This document shows positions 26,646 through 34,062 of a stretch of DNA of 64,000 bases, one piece after another. The stretch's first letter is position 1; each line of letters starts with the position of its first letter. Made by a program: the position numbers and the translations under genes. The notes below the pieces were generated by a model. It did no database searches. It saw only the letters and a program-made list of their open reading frames with translations, and was not told where the DNA came from. The DNA comes from Elusimicrobia bacterium RIFOXYA2_FULL_39_19 (GTDB taxonomy: Bacteria; Elusimicrobiota; Endomicrobiia; CG1-02-37-114; XYA2-FULL-39-19), in NCBI GenBank assembly GCA_001800285.1, contig MGVC01000014.1, forward strand, positions 1,756-65,755. Direction: 5' to 3'.

Positions 26646-27305
26646 TTATCTAATTACATTTATTTCAATTCTTCTGTTTTGTGCCCTGTTTTCGGGTGTA
26701 TCGTTCGGGTAAAGGGGCCTGAACTCGCCATACCCTGCCACTATAAACTTTTCTGACGACATTCCCTTTACTTTGGTAAAATAGTCAATTACACTTACAG
26801 CCCGGGCAATAGACAATTCCCAGTTGGTTGTATATCTCCCCGCTTTTAACGGTATATTATCAGTATGCCCTTCAACAACAACTTTATTGGGCAGTGCTTT
26901 CAGAGACTTGGCTATTTCATCTAATCCCAACGCTGTTTCTTTAGTAATTTCTACTTTACCTGTTTCAAAAAGCACAGGAGAAGTAAGCAGGATACGTATC
27001 ATTTTATCATTAACTTCAAGTTTTGCCAGTTTATCCAGTTTTTCTTTTTCTGAATCCAGCTTGCTTACCGCTTCCTGTTCCTGAATCTGCTTTAAAATTC
27101 TTTGGGCGCGGTCCGTCATGGCGGCATCCTTGCTTACCATGCTGGTTAGGGCAGACTGAATATTAGTTCTTTTGCTTTCATCCATACGGGTAAAAGCATA
27201 GGACATTAGAAAGAACAAAGTCAGGTTTGTAATAATATCCGCATATATTGTCAGCCAGATGGAACTTTGCTGCATTATTCTTACCGGCCGTTTACGTTTT
27301 TTCAT
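26646..27305 (-). CDS. motB: MotB/OmpA-family stator protein, paralog 2.
   Basis: N-terminus ..SSIWLTIYADIITNLTLFFL is a MotB-type TM with the conserved Asp. The C-terminus ..VVEGHTDNIPLKAG..TNWELSIARA..NRRIEINVIR is the OmpA-like domain. Confidence 0.8.
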   Translation of the reverse strand: MKKRKRPVRIMQQSSIWLTIYADIITNLTLFFLMSYAFTRMDESKRTNIQSALTSMVSKDAAMTDRAQRILKQIQEQEAVSKLDSEKEKLDKLAKLEVNDKMIRILLTSPVLFETGKVEITKETALGLDEIAKSLKALPNKVVVEGHTDNIPLKAGRYTTNWELSIARAVSVIDYFTKVKGMSSEKFIVAGYGEFRPLYPNDTPENRAQNRRIEINVIR

Positions 27306-27369
27306 GATTAACGAACAATGTTAGGGGATTAATTTATTGTTTATGGGCAAATAAGTTTGCCCTTATATT

Positions 27370-28149
27370 TTATAACTTGCTGTTAGCCAGCGACTGTTCT
27401 CTTAAGATTGCAGATAAATAACCCTCAAGTTTTTTTGCCGTTATTACAGGCACATCACCTTTATGAATTGAAACAATGCCTTCAGTAATGAGTTCCATGT
27501 TAAGAATTTCATCTTCACTGTATTCAGACAGTTTTACAGCAACGGGTAAAAAAGCAAAATTAGCGGCAAATATGCCGAAAAATGTAGCAGCCACAGCTGT
27601 TGCCATAGCGGCACCCATGGAAGTAGGGTCGGTAATATTTCTTAATACCTGCACAACACCCAGCAGGGTTCCCAGCAATCCGAAAATAGGCGCTACAGTA
27701 GCCATCATTCTAAATACGCTGGCAACTTTCTGATGCCTTTCTCTTACGTACAAAATTTCTTTTTCCAGATTGTCTTCGATAATGTCTATATCGTAACCGT
27801 CTATGAGCATTTGCAGGGCATTTCTAAAGAACTTGTCTTTTAATCCGGCTACTTCAGGCTGGAGGCCGGAAAACCCTGAACGTTTGGATTTTTCTGAAAG
27901 GCCTACAACAAGTTCTATCATTCTCAAAGATGATTCTCTTTTATTTGGGAAGAAAGCCAGACTGAAAGCCTTAGGTATGGCTTTGATAGTTGTCCAGGGA
28001 TAAGCAATGAGAGTAGAGGAAAGAGTACCTATTACAACCAGCAGAAACGCATCAAGATTAAACAACATATGCACAATTTCACCGCGCGCCATGACTATGT
28101 AAATTGCAACTACTCCGATAATTGCTCCGCCAACCGTTAACAAATCCAT
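27370..28149 (-). CDS. motA: MotA/PomA-family proton-channel stator protein. It has four TM segments with a large cytoplasmic loop between TM2 and TM3.
   Basis: 259 aa. The TM1-TM2 pair sits at the N-terminus. A ~100-aa charged loop (..RESSLRMIELV..) follows. Conserved prolines are present in TM3 (TVAPIFGLLGT) and TM4 (AFLPVAV), as in MotA. A GGGGGA Shine-Dalgarno lies upstream. Confidence 0.85.
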   Translation of the reverse strand: MDLLTVGGAIIGVVAIYIVMARGEIVHMLFNLDAFLLVVIGTLSSTLIAYPWTTIKAIPKAFSLAFFPNKRESSLRMIELVVGLSEKSKRSGFSGLQPEVAGLKDKFFRNALQMLIDGYDIDIIEDNLEKEILYVRERHQKVASVFRMMATVAPIFGLLGTLLGVVQVLRNITDPTSMGAAMATAVAATFFGIFAANFAFLPVAVKLSEYSEDEILNMELITEGIVSIHKGDVPVITAKKLEGYLSAILREQSLANSKL

Positions 28150-28171
28150 TTATTTTCCCCCAAAAATATTT

Positions 28172-29608
28172 TTAAATAAGTTCAATTATGCCTTCGGCAT
28201 TTAATTTTCTTATGCTTTCAATAACCCGGCGTTTTTCTTCGATGATTCTTTGTGCTGATAAAGGTTTACCCAACTCCATTTCCTGTTGAAGCCTTTTTCT
28301 GCCGGCTTCAGTAAGCGCTTCCATGATTTTTGCTGTATATTGTTCCGGCATGGTTTTAAGAATCTGCGCAAAAGCTGAAAGATTTATCCTGCGCATAACG
28401 GTTTGCAGAGTTTCACCGCTGAAATTGACTATATCCTCAAAACTGAAGACGGATTTCATTAATTTGGCTGCAAGGGGCGGATTCTTGGCCTTAAAATTAG
28501 CAATGATTTTGTCCTGAGTTGCTTTATCGCTGTAATCAAGCAGTTTAACAAGTATTTCATCACCGCCAAGAGAATAATTAAGGGTGTCTCTAACTTTCTG
28601 TTCAAGGGATTTTACAGCGTCAGGGTCCATCTGTTTCACGTTTGAAAATAATTCGGATACTTTCATTTTCTGATCCGCATTTAAATCAGCAAACAACTTG
28701 GAAGCCATATCTCTGTCAATGTAATTTAGAATTACCGCTATGTTTTCAGAACTTTCTGTTTTAATTGATTCTCTTAACTGATTTATTTCCTGAGGGACAA
28801 TAAACCAGAATGGTTTTCTGTTTTCACTATCGTGAGATAAAGATGCAGTCTGAGCTGACGCAGTTTCTACGGAAGTTGACTGCTGGTTTTGCGCGCCAAA
28901 ATCCTGACTTGAAGTGTTTGCTTCTTTTTGGGCCGCTACCAGTCCGGCAATAACTTCTACCAGGCTTTTTGAAAATATTTTAAATGGATTGAACAAAAAC
29001 AATACTGAGCCGAAAACAAAAAATGTTGCAAGGGCAATTATAATAACCCAGTATAGATTAGGCGGATAAAGCAGAGAATACCAGTAAAAAGGATTTTGTT
29101 TAAAATTCATTCTTTCAATTATCAGCTGGTCCCCGCGGGTTTCATCGATACCCAGTAACCCGAAAGCCACTTTTTTCATAATTTCTATCACGCTTGCGGA
29201 GACAGCTTTATCAACTATAATGGTTGCACTGATTTTCTTTATGGCGGTTTTTGTTTTTCCTATATCCAGCGGCGCTAATAAATCCTCTATTTTTCTTTCT
29301 CCGATATTTTCTTTAACAGGCACTCCTGGCAGTACCATTTTAGGCCGTTCATCAACAGTTTTAATCTGAAGTTCCTTTTTTTCTTTTTCACTGTACATCT
29401 CTGTATTGATGATAATGATAATTTTTTCCGTACCGGCAATTTCAGTAAGAACCTTTCTTAACCTGTCTTCCAGGCTTGTTTCTATCTGGATTTTTGTTTC
29501 AATACTGGTTTCGGCAATATCCGCCGCAAAGATTTGTTTGGGAGCCTGAAAAACCAACAATGAAGCAAAAATAAATAGCGCCACGAACTGATAAAACCTT
29601 TTTTTCAT
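28172..29608 (-). CDS. Membrane-anchored protein with FliG middle + C-terminal-like (FliG_MC / MgtE_N-like) domains. It has a signal peptide, a ~170-aa N-terminal domain and a central TM segment; the FliG-like region is C-terminal and presumably cytoplasmic.
   Basis: The C-terminal ~230 aa align to the FliG M and C domains. The segment NIAVILNYIDRDMASKLFADLNADQKMKVSELF matches the EHPQ-region ARM repeat. The segment ..KLMKSVFSFEDIVNFSGETLQTVMRRIN..LAFAQILKTMPEQYTAKIMEALTEAGRKRLQQEMELGKPLSAQRIIEEKRRVIESIRKLNAEGII resembles the FliG_C MFvFEDI..D..iq.vlrev...LalALkg...elrek....mskRaaemlkedle.lgpvrl.dve.aq..I. Signal peptide is MKKRFYQFVALFIFASLLVFQA. TM is VIIIALATFFVFGSVLFLF. An AGGAGA Shine-Dalgarno is present. 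Confidence 0.7.
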   Translation of the reverse strand: MKKRFYQFVALFIFASLLVFQAPKQIFAADIAETSIETKIQIETSLEDRLRKVLTEIAGTEKIIIIINTEMYSEKEKKELQIKTVDERPKMVLPGVPVKENIGERKIEDLLAPLDIGKTKTAIKKISATIIVDKAVSASVIEIMKKVAFGLLGIDETRGDQLIIERMNFKQNPFYWYSLLYPPNLYWVIIIALATFFVFGSVLFLFNPFKIFSKSLVEVIAGLVAAQKEANTSSQDFGAQNQQSTSVETASAQTASLSHDSENRKPFWFIVPQEINQLRESIKTESSENIAVILNYIDRDMASKLFADLNADQKMKVSELFSNVKQMDPDAVKSLEQKVRDTLNYSLGGDEILVKLLDYSDKATQDKIIANFKAKNPPLAAKLMKSVFSFEDIVNFSGETLQTVMRRINLSAFAQILKTMPEQYTAKIMEALTEAGRKRLQQEMELGKPLSAQRIIEEKRRVIESIRKLNAEGIIELI

Positions 29609-29686
29609 AATTTTCTCCTAATGTCTTTATATATTATTTATTGTGTAACTTTTCAAATATTTTGCGCTTTCTTCCAGTAGAGCAGC

Positions 29687-29715
29687 ATTTATATACATAC
29701 CAGACCCAATTTCAA
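29687..29715 (-). promoter_or_regulatory. Candidate promoter for the fliG-like/motA/motB operon: TTGAAA-N17-ATAAAT (minus-sense).
   Basis: Plus-strand tttcaa (29710-29715) and atttat (29687-29692). It sits in the 125-bp gap upstream of the fliG-like start at 29608. Confidence 0.3.
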
Positions 29716-29733
29716 GACTGGCCATATTTCTGA

Positions 29734-30009
29734 CTATTCCATAATTTTGAAATTGCTGGTGTCTTCCGGAATTAAAGCAGGGAATTTGTTTGGTACTACC
29801 CTTACTTTCCAGCCAAAGGAATCTTTGACAGCGTATTTATCTATTGATGGTATATTTTCATTGCCCATGCAAAAAGGGCATTCTGACAGGTATGAAGGTA
29901 AGTCTTTTTTTACTATTTTTTTATCTGAAAAATCTTTCGGTCTTTTTGCTCTTTCGGTAGCGATAATAACCCATTCTCTTACTGCTATATTCTGTCTGAG
30001 TTGAGGCAT
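29734..30009 (-). pseudogene. N-terminal fragment (91 aa) of a galactose-1-phosphate uridylyltransferase (GalT/HIT-like) family gene. It is truncated after the zinc-binding CPFC region.
   Basis: The fragment ..REWVIIATERAKRP...CPFCMGNE...VVPNKFPAL matches the GalT N-terminus. Full-length members are ~320 aa and carry a downstream HxH active site. Here the ORF stops after 91 aa, and no continuation exists in any frame before the next gene. Confidence 0.45.
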
Positions 30010-30153
30010 AAAACCCCTTAATAGTTATGAGTTTTAGAGCACTTGAAGGTATATTCTATATATCATTTTATTTATCAAAAAACAACGTTTTTTTAATAAT
30101 TATAATGATTTAAACCGTGCAGGCTCATTTCAAATGGGTGTTTTTCCTTAAAC

Positions 30154-30182
30154 TTGACAAAATATATATGAAATGATAGAAT
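30154..30182 (+). promoter_or_regulatory. Candidate sigma70 promoter P2 upstream of tRNA-Glu: TTGACA-N17-TAGAAT.
   Basis: Exact -35 hexamer at 30154-30159. The -10 is at 30177-30182. It lies ~110 nt upstream of the tRNA. Confidence 0.4.
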
Positions 30183-30258
30183 ACGGAATTACAAAATTCT
30201 GAGAACATTTAGTAATTTTTTTGAATTTTCGCTCTTTTGGATGTATGTTATCTGAAAC

Positions 30259-30286
30259 TTGAGATTTGAAATTTGAAATCTATAAT
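30259..30286 (+). promoter_or_regulatory. Candidate sigma70 promoter P1 immediately upstream of tRNA-Glu: TTGAGA-N16-TATAAT.
   Basis: A consensus -10 TATAAT at 30281-30286 sits 4 nt before the tRNA 5' end. The -35-like hexamer is at 30259-30264. Confidence 0.5.
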
Positions 30287-30290
30287 TCAC

Positions 30291-30362
30291 GCCCCCATCG
30301 ACTAGCGGTTAGGTCATCGCCCTTTCAAGGCGGTAACACCAGTCCGAATCTGGTTGGGGGCG
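30291..30362 (+). tRNA. tRNA-Glu (anticodon UUC), 72 nt, no encoded CCA.
   Basis: Cloverleaf folded by hand. Acceptor GCCCCCA/TGGGGGC. Anticodon stem TCGCC/GGCGG with loop CTTTCAA. T-arm ACCAG-TCCGAAT-CTGGT. The overall sequence is close to bacterial tRNA-Glu(UUC). A T-run follows. Confidence 0.85.
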
Positions 30363-30485
30363 TTTTTTTATTTTTATAGGCTACCGCCGCAGAAAGGCGA
30401 TACGCCCTTTCAAGGGTTGCAATGCGACGAATAAGGAGCATTGGCTGCAACGGGTTCGAGACGGTGAGAACCCTGGGCCGAAGGC

Positions 30486-30523
30486 TAACACCAGTCCGAA
30501 TCTGGTTGGGGGCGTTTTTTTAT
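30486..30523 (+). repeat. 38-nt direct repeat of the tRNA-Glu 3' portion (variable loop, T-arm, 3' acceptor strand, discriminator and T-run). It is identical to 30334-30371.
   Basis: The exact string taacaccagtccgaatctggttgggggcgtttttttat occurs twice, 152 nt apart. The intervening 114 nt also contain a second copy of cgccctttcaagg. Confidence 0.8.
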
Positions 30524-30670
30524 GCCCCAAAACCGTACTTTTGTGCTGACTGATAAAACACCTACCCCGTGCAGTTTTCAATCCTGATTTATCCTTTTAT
30601 AATTGGATATCTGGATATTGCTCATAAACAAAACAATTTGAAAACTATCGCAGGGATAAATGTCACACAT

Positions 30671-30703
30671 GCATTCATCTCCACTTTAGGTGGATATGAA
30701 TGC
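30671..30703. terminator. Near-perfect 14-bp inverted repeat hairpin 7 nt downstream of the PorV-like gene stop. It is a possible bidirectional terminator.
   Basis: Arms gcattcatctccac (30671-30684) and gtggatatgaatgc (30690-30703) with one mismatch and a 5-nt loop. A T-rich tract follows on the plus side; only a weak T-run follows on the minus side. Confidence 0.3.
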
Positions 30704-30709
30704 TGCCAT

Positions 30710-31630
30710 TTAATTTTTCGGAAGAAAATCTATCTGGAAAGTTACTCTGTGGGATAACCCTAAATCTGAATGCGGAATGTAGGCATAATCCAGCTTTACC
30801 GGACTGAAATTAAGCCCGAAACCTGCCGACAGACTGCTTGTCTGCTGGTAAACCCCGCCAAATCTGAAGGCAATATATTTGTTTGCAGAAACTTCAAAAC
30901 CAAGCCCTAATTTCATCTTTGAATCATTTTCCTGAACAATATCAAAAGAAGAATTGTAGCCTTTTGACATAAAACCCGTACCCGCTCTGATAGTAAAAGG
31001 AAGCAAAGAACCCCTGATTTTTGAACCGATATTCTGTACCACAATGCCTGAGGTGTTGCCGGATCTTGAATTTCTATAGTACAAACCTGCGTCAAAAGCA
31101 GCTACAGATGCGCTGTTTTTGTTTAACTCTTCATTTATATATTTTACAGATACACCTATCTTGATTGACCTGCTGTCTTCGCGATAAGGCATATTATGGG
31201 AATATCCCAGCACTACCAGTGTATCTCTAAGGCTTATTGCCGTACCTTCTGTAATAACATCATTTACTACAGACCGTTGAAAATCACTGATGCCTAAATT
31301 TGTTATACCAAAACCCAGGGCATTTTCTCCTGAACTAAAAACAGCTAATACCGTATTGGCGGATATGTCGCCATAGATGAGCGCCTGCGAAAAAGAATAT
31401 TGAGAACCCTGCACGTTTGATAAACCGGCAGGATTATATTCAAGCGCGGATACATCATCTGAAATTGCTGTAAAATTACCCGCCATTCCCTGTGCTCTTG
31501 CTGTGTAACCAATTTTTAGAAACGGAACAGCGGAAATACCGGCCGTTCTTACAAGCTCTTCTGCAAACAAACCGGCATTAAAAAACAAAACAGAATAAAT
31601 GATATAAAATAGTCTGAAATATATTTTCAT
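30710..31630 (-). CDS. Outer-membrane beta-barrel of the PorV/PorQ (FadL-like, T9SS-associated) family.
   Basis: 306 aa with a signal peptide. The N-terminal motif ..TARAQGMAGNFTAISDDVSALEYNPAGLSNV matches the G.GGAFTAvADDASAiyYNPAGL signature of PorV/PorQ-type proteins. The rest has beta-barrel-like alternating hydrophobicity and a C-terminal aromatic residue. It is adjacent to a T9SS-CTD cargo gene. Confidence 0.55.
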   Translation of the reverse strand: MKIYFRLFYIIYSVLFFNAGLFAEELVRTAGISAVPFLKIGYTARAQGMAGNFTAISDDVSALEYNPAGLSNVQGSQYSFSQALIYGDISANTVLAVFSSGENALGFGITNLGISDFQRSVVNDVITEGTAISLRDTLVVLGYSHNMPYREDSRSIKIGVSVKYINEELNKNSASVAAFDAGLYYRNSRSGNTSGIVVQNIGSKIRGSLLPFTIRAGTGFMSKGYNSSFDIVQENDSKMKLGLGFEVSANKYIAFRFGGVYQQTSSLSAGFGLNFSPVKLDYAYIPHSDLGLSHRVTFQIDFLPKN

Positions 31631-31633
31631 AAA

Positions 31634-33193
31634 TTATCTTGCAATCATTAATTTGCCTTTTACTTTGCCTTTATCGGTTTCTGCTACATACAAATACACA
31701 CCATCAGAAACCAGTTCACCGGTGTCATTTTTGCCGTCCCATTCTGCGCTGGTAGGATAATCAGGTTCAATGGTCCTTACCTGTTGGCCGGCCAGATTAT
31801 AAATACGAACCGTCAGGGACACGCCTTTCAAATTATCTGAAAGATAAATTCTTGTTGTCTGGCCGTTTGCTGGATTAAAAGGATTTGGTGAGTTTACTGC
31901 TACGCTTTCTTTAACAACTGCAGGGACTGTATAACCTACGGCAGAAGCCGCATTTATTAAACCATAACCTGTATATAAATCCTTGCCGGGAGTATCTAAA
32001 TCAATGGCGGTACTGGTAATTTTTTCATAAACGCTGGCAAAAGTTGCATTTGGTTCATAAGAAAAAATAAGTGCTACCACACCGGCCACGAAAGGCGATG
32101 CCATGGAAGTTCCATCCGAATATTCATAACCGTCTGAATGCCATATATCCATAGAATCATTCCCAAGGCCGCCTGGATTAGTAGGAGGAACTGTACTATA
32201 AATTTCAACACCGGGAGCCATTATATCAAGCTCAGAACCGTAATTCGAAAAACCGGCCCGCTGGTTTTCTGAATCAGAAGCACCTACCGCAATAGCATGT
32301 GGTAAAGCCGCTGGGAACATTACAAAATCATTTGTCGGATCCCCGTCATCGGCAAAATTTCCCGCCGCCGCAATACAAATAACTCCATTATTATAGGCAT
32401 AATCTATGGCTATCCGTTCAAGGTTCGACAGCATTTCACCGCCAAGGCTCATATTAATTACCTTTGCTCCCGCATCAACTGCATAGGGTACACAGCTTGA
32501 AATTGCTATTGATGCACCGGAGCCTTCATTATCGAGCGCCTTGATAGGTATAAGCCTTGCGCCCCAGCTTACACCAGCTACGCCTCTGTTATTATTTGTC
32601 ATGGCGGATATTATTCCCGCTACGTGAGTTCCGTGGCCATTATCATCCATAGCATCTGAATCATCATTTACAAAATCATAGCCTAAAGAAGTGTCAACGC
32701 TGCCGGCTAAATCCGGGTGCAGATAATTTATTCCCGTATCTATTATGGCTACTTTAACACTCCAACTAGCCTTGGTTATTTCCCAGGCTGATGGGCAATC
32801 AATTTTTTTTACTCCCCATTGGCTATTATATGAGGTATCATTTGGTATAACAAACATTTTCCTTATGTAATTCGGCTCGGCAAATTCCACTTCCGGCTGA
32901 TGGCTGTAATATTCAAGAGCTGTTTCCACGCTCATGTTATCAGACAGAGTAACAACCTCAGCGTTAAACTTTTCTAAACCACCTTTGTTTTGATGGTTCA
33001 TTTTGCTTAACATGCCCTTTTTCTGTGCTTTAGTTGTGCCTTGCTTGTAGACAACAACTATTTCATCTTTTACAACTTCTACGCTTTTATTTAATTTTTG
33101 TGAATAGAAACGGCTTTTCTGCATAGCAGGTAAACTGCAGGTTAAAAACAGGATGGAAAAAAACAGGATAGGTCCAGCAAGGTTCTTTTTCAA
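31634..33193 (-). CDS. Subtilisin-like S8 serine protease with a T9SS type-A C-terminal sorting domain.
   Basis: A signal peptide is present. The catalytic triad motifs are AIIDTGI (Asp), HGTHVAG (His) and GTSMASPFVAG (Ser). The C-terminal ~80 aa are ..SPNPFNPANGQTTRIYL..LTVRIYNLAGQQVRTI..WDGKNDTGELVSDGVYLYVAETDKGKVKGKLMIAR, a canonical Por_Secre_tail. Confidence 0.85.
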   Translation of the reverse strand: MKKNLAGPILFFSILFLTCSLPAMQKSRFYSQKLNKSVEVVKDEIVVVYKQGTTKAQKKGMLSKMNHQNKGGLEKFNAEVVTLSDNMSVETALEYYSHQPEVEFAEPNYIRKMFVIPNDTSYNSQWGVKKIDCPSAWEITKASWSVKVAIIDTGINYLHPDLAGSVDTSLGYDFVNDDSDAMDDNGHGTHVAGIISAMTNNNRGVAGVSWGARLIPIKALDNEGSGASIAISSCVPYAVDAGAKVINMSLGGEMLSNLERIAIDYAYNNGVICIAAAGNFADDGDPTNDFVMFPAALPHAIAVGASDSENQRAGFSNYGSELDIMAPGVEIYSTVPPTNPGGLGNDSMDIWHSDGYEYSDGTSMASPFVAGVVALIFSYEPNATFASVYEKITSTAIDLDTPGKDLYTGYGLINAASAVGYTVPAVVKESVAVNSPNPFNPANGQTTRIYLSDNLKGVSLTVRIYNLAGQQVRTIEPDYPTSAEWDGKNDTGELVSDGVYLYVAETDKGKVKGKLMIAR

Positions 33194-33200
33194 TTTAATT

Positions 33201-34001
33201 TTATAGGTCTTCTTCTTTCCTTAGGGGCAACGATATACTCCAGGCTTCAAAGAAACCGGCTAAAAATGCGCCTACATAATAGCCCCACCACTGGTTTGGC
33301 ACGCGGACAAATATCCATATAAAACCTACGCAAAGCATGGACAAACTGAAACAATACGTTCCAATGCTTGAAAGTATAAGTTTTTTCGGCATATTGCTGT
33401 AAAGCTGTTTACGGTCAAGAGGATAAGTAACCGCCCTGACAAGAGCAATGGTAGCCCCTATAACTAAAAGAATAACCGGGCTTATTAGCCTGCAGATAAA
33501 AAGTATTTTCATTAAAAAAGACCTTTCTGCGGAAACATCCTTAAACCACATACCGTCATAAGCTGGATAGCTGCCGATATAAAATATGGGTTCACTGCCG
33601 CCGATAGCTTTAACATTAACAATAACAAACACTGTTGCACAAATAAACCCTATACCATAAAAAACAATTTTGTATATTTTCTTTACGCTTTCACCGCCGA
33701 ATGCCAGTCCGTAAATGGCCAGCAATACCGAGGGACCAAAAATGCCTATCATAAAAAATTCACGGATATTATTTATTATCAGCGGCATTGGATGCGGGCC
33801 GAGCAAAATTTGCAAAGGTCTGGTAGCCAAATAAATGCCAAATGCAATAAATCCAAAATACGCTGCATCATATGTAGCTTTGCCTGCAGAAAAATGTCTG
33901 ATAGGGGCAATGTGCCTGACGTATCTGGCTAAAGCAAGAAATATGAGCCCGGCGCATATTGGTACAAAAATGTTCACAATGATGTTTGGAAGGTATTGCA
34001 T
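33201..34001 (-). CDS. Polytopic integral membrane protein (~7 TM), function unknown.
   Basis: 266 aa with multiple hydrophobic helices throughout. I recognise no family motif. Confidence 0.45.
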   Translation of the reverse strand: MQYLPNIIVNIFVPICAGLIFLALARYVRHIAPIRHFSAGKATYDAAYFGFIAFGIYLATRPLQILLGPHPMPLIINNIREFFMIGIFGPSVLLAIYGLAFGGESVKKIYKIVFYGIGFICATVFVIVNVKAIGGSEPIFYIGSYPAYDGMWFKDVSAERSFLMKILFICRLISPVILLVIGATIALVRAVTYPLDRKQLYSNMPKKLILSSIGTYCFSLSMLCVGFIWIFVRVPNQWWGYYVGAFLAGFFEAWSISLPLRKEEDL

Positions 34002-34062
34002 TTTTCAGTGGTCTCCTGTCAATAATTTTAATTTGTTCTTGTAGTTTTATTATTGAAACAAT

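Noticed and set aside
30372-30523. A second, intron-containing or permuted tRNA-Glu gene.
   Set aside because: The T-arm, 3' acceptor strand and anticodon-loop sequence are present, but no complementary 5' acceptor strand (GCCCCCA) or D-arm exists in the 114-nt spacer. No cloverleaf can be drawn. I treat it as a partial duplication or att-like scar.
30381-30581. 66-aa minus-strand ORF overlapping tRNA-Glu and its repeat.
   Set aside because: It overlaps a well-supported tRNA and the repeat region. Its composition is Arg/Pro-rich, as expected from GC-rich tRNA sequence read out of frame. No RBS is present. Spurious.
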